Shown here: positions 62,388 to 64,000 of the stretch, in pieces
How the letters are laid out: each line of letters starts with the position of its first letter
Position numbering within the stretch: position 1 is the stretch's first letter
Assembly (NCBI GenBank): GCA_036339465.1
Contig: JAYZAY010000021.1
Span: forward strand, 7,612-71,611
Source of the DNA: Myxococcota bacterium
Lineage (GTDB): Bacteria; Myxococcota; XYA12-FULL-58-9; JABJBS01
DNA: 64,000 nt
Direction of reading: 5' to 3'
Made by a program: the position numbers and the translations under genes
Notes under the pieces: model-generated
The model's database searches: none
The model's input: only the letters and a program-made list of their open reading frames with translations
Told to the model about the DNA's origin: nothing

Positions 62388-64000
62388 ATGGATACGGAAC
62401 AACAACCTAAGGGCACCAACGAGGATTTCAAAGTCATCGGTAAGCGCCACCGAAAAGTCGACTGCATGGACCGACTCACAGGGGTGGCTCGCTATACTGA
62501 CGATATCGTCCTTCCCCAAATGCTACACGCAAAAATCCTACGTTCGCCCCATGCCCATGCCAAAATTCTCACCATCGACACCAGCCGAGCTGAGGCCCTC
62601 GATGGCGTCTACGAGGTGGTCTTGGGAGATGAAATGCCCACTTCCTACGGTGTCATTCCTTGGACGCCCGATGAACAAGCCCTAGCCACCGATAAAGTCC
62701 GTTATGTCGGAGATGCACTGGCGGCAGTGGTCGCCCGTGATGAAGAAACTGCCAATGTGGCCCGGGACCTTATCGAGGTCGAATACGAGATACTCAAACC
62801 TCTCTGCACGCCAACTGAGGCCCTGGCCAATCCCAACTTAAAAATCCACGAACGCAACAAACGCGGGAATATATCGAAATACGTAAACCTCGCATTCGGA
62901 GAAATCGACGAAAAGCTCGAAGAAGCGAGTTTGGTTATCGAAGACCATTACGAATTTCATGGCACCACCCACACACCCATCGAGCCGCACTGCGCCATCG
63001 GTTACTACGACAACAAGCACATTCTCACAGTTTGGTCCGCCACCCAAGTGCCACACTATCTACACCGCGAACTCTCCAAGGTTCTCGGATTACCCGCCCG
63101 ACAAATCCGGGTCATTCAGCCTCCACTCGGCGGGGCTTTTGGTGGCAAAAGCGAACCCTTTGATCTCGAATTCGTCGTGGCCAAGCTCGCCATGAAAACC
63201 GGGCGCCCCGTTAAATGCCTCTATACCCGTGAAGAAGTGTTTCTCGCCCACCGCGGCCGACACCCATTCAGCATGGATTATAAAACCGGTTTCGACAAAG
63301 ATGGTCGGATCTTGGCTGTGGATGCCAAAACCATCCTCGACGGAGGTGATTATTCCTCCTTCGGCCTAGTCACCACCTACTACAGCGGCCAACTACTATG
63401 CTCTCCCTACCGATTCGACTCCTACCGCTTTGATTCCACCCGAGTTTACACCAATAAACCTGCCTGTGGTCCCAAACGGGGACACGGGTCGGTTCAGCCG
63501 AGATTTGCTATTGAGGTTCAACTGGATAAGGGCGCCCATGCCCTCGGTATCGATCCCATCGAGTTGCGGCGTCGTAATTTCATAGGAGAAAACACCCGCA
63601 CCATCAACGAATTCAACATTGGGTCCAATGGTTTTTTGGAATGTCTCGAGGGGGTAGAAAAAGCTTCCGATTGGAAGAATAGATATGGCAAACTTCCCGA
63701 AGGTCGCGGCCTTGGGGTAGCCGGAAGCACATACATATCAGGCACCAACTACTGCATTTATCCCACAGACCTGCCACAATCGGGCGTTCAAATTTGCCTC
63801 GACCGTTCGGGAAGAGTACGCATTTTTGCCGGCTGTTCCGATATCGGCCAGGGCAGTGATACCATGCTCGCGGTGGTGGCAGCGGAAAACCTCGGAGTCG
63901 AGCTAGACGATGTCCGCGTCATCTCTGCAGATACCGACCTCTGCCCGGTAGACCTTGGCGCCTATTCCTCACGCATCACCCTCATGGCCGGGCAAGCCTG
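62388..64000 (+). CDS. Molybdopterin-binding large subunit of a xanthine-dehydrogenase-family oxidoreductase, 3'-truncated by the window end.
   Basis: It is not in the ORF track because there is no stop in the window. Read by eye from the ATG at 62388: MDTEQQPKGTNEDFKVIGKRHRKVDCMDRLTGVARYTDDIVLPQMLHAKILRSPHAHAKIL...DKVRYVGDALAAVVA... Further on comes PLGGAFGGKSEPF. The frame stays open to 64000. Confidence 0.75.
   Translation, partial: MDTEQQPKGTNEDFKVIGKRHRKVDCMDRLTGVARYTDDIVLPQMLHAKILRSPHAHAKILTIDTSRAEALDGVYEVVLGDEMPTSYGVIPWTPDEQALATDKVRYVGDALAAVVARDEETANVARDLIEVEYEILKPLCTPTEALANPNLKIHERNKRGNISKYVNLAFGEIDEKLEEASLVIEDHYEFHGTTHTPIEPHCAIGYYDNKHILTVWSATQVPHYLHRELSKVLGLPARQIRVIQPPLGGAFGGKSEPFDLEFVVAKLAMKTGRPVKCLYTREEVFLAHRGRHPFSMDYKTGFDKDGRILAVDAKTILDGGDYSSFGLVTTYYSGQLLCSPYRFDSYRFDSTRVYTNKPACGPKRGHGSVQPRFAIEVQLDKGAHALGIDPIELRRRNFIGENTRTINEFNIGSNGFLECLEGVEKASDWKNRYGKLPEGRGLGVAGSTYISGTNYCIYPTDLPQSGVQICLDRSGRVRIFAGCSDIGQGSDTMLAVVAAENLGVELDDVRVISADTDLCPVDLGAYSSRITLMAGQA

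Overview
The window is a roughly 50% GC bacterial accessory region. By gene content it looks like part of a large plasmid, chromid or integrated element from a Gram-negative, signalling-rich organism, and the coding density is low.

The clearest structure is an iteron-type replicon module at 16.9-20.3 kb. A RepA-like initiator on the minus strand (16888..18333) is followed upstream by an AT-rich stretch. Eight directly repeated copies of TTTAATGGTTCTCG lie at 18602..18876 on a 21-22 bp phase. A ParA/ParG-type partition operon sits at 19079..20240. A very C-poor, G+T-rich degenerate-repeat region lies upstream of parA.

Immediately downstream of repA, in the same orientation, are two full-length paralogous BREX PglX-like N6-adenine methyltransferases (10280..13549 and 13557..16829). 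No BrxC, PglZ or BrxL partner is present anywhere in the 64 kb. This is the most system-like unexplained feature in the window.

Other content, from left to right:
- a 5'-truncated hybrid sensor kinase
- a SAM-methyltransferase / GT31-like / GT2 glycosylation operon with an ATGA stop-start overlap and a C9 tract
- msrA and an MCP
- a protein with lipoxygenase-like His motifs, convergent with a frameshifted cytochrome P450
- decayed asnB, sdhB, sensor-kinase and cyclase fragments
- a cluster of large unannotatable proteins ending in a 1074-aa protein with a C-terminal two-HKD phospholipase D domain
- a signalling island (tandem-cyclase-AAA-TPR protein, an AAA-ATPase fused to a Ser/Thr kinase, an orphan AmmeMemoRadiSam-type radical SAM enzyme, and a CheY-like receiver)
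- the start of a Mo-hydroxylase (2Fe-2S small plus large subunit) operon running off the window end

Several simple-sequence features are candidates for phase variation or contraction. These are a 16-bp x6 plus 9-bp x10 tandem array, a 48-bp x3 in-frame repeat, three G/C homopolymers of 9 nt, and a (GGCGGAGGT)x3 poly-Gly tract. No rRNA, tRNA or CRISPR array was recognised by eye.
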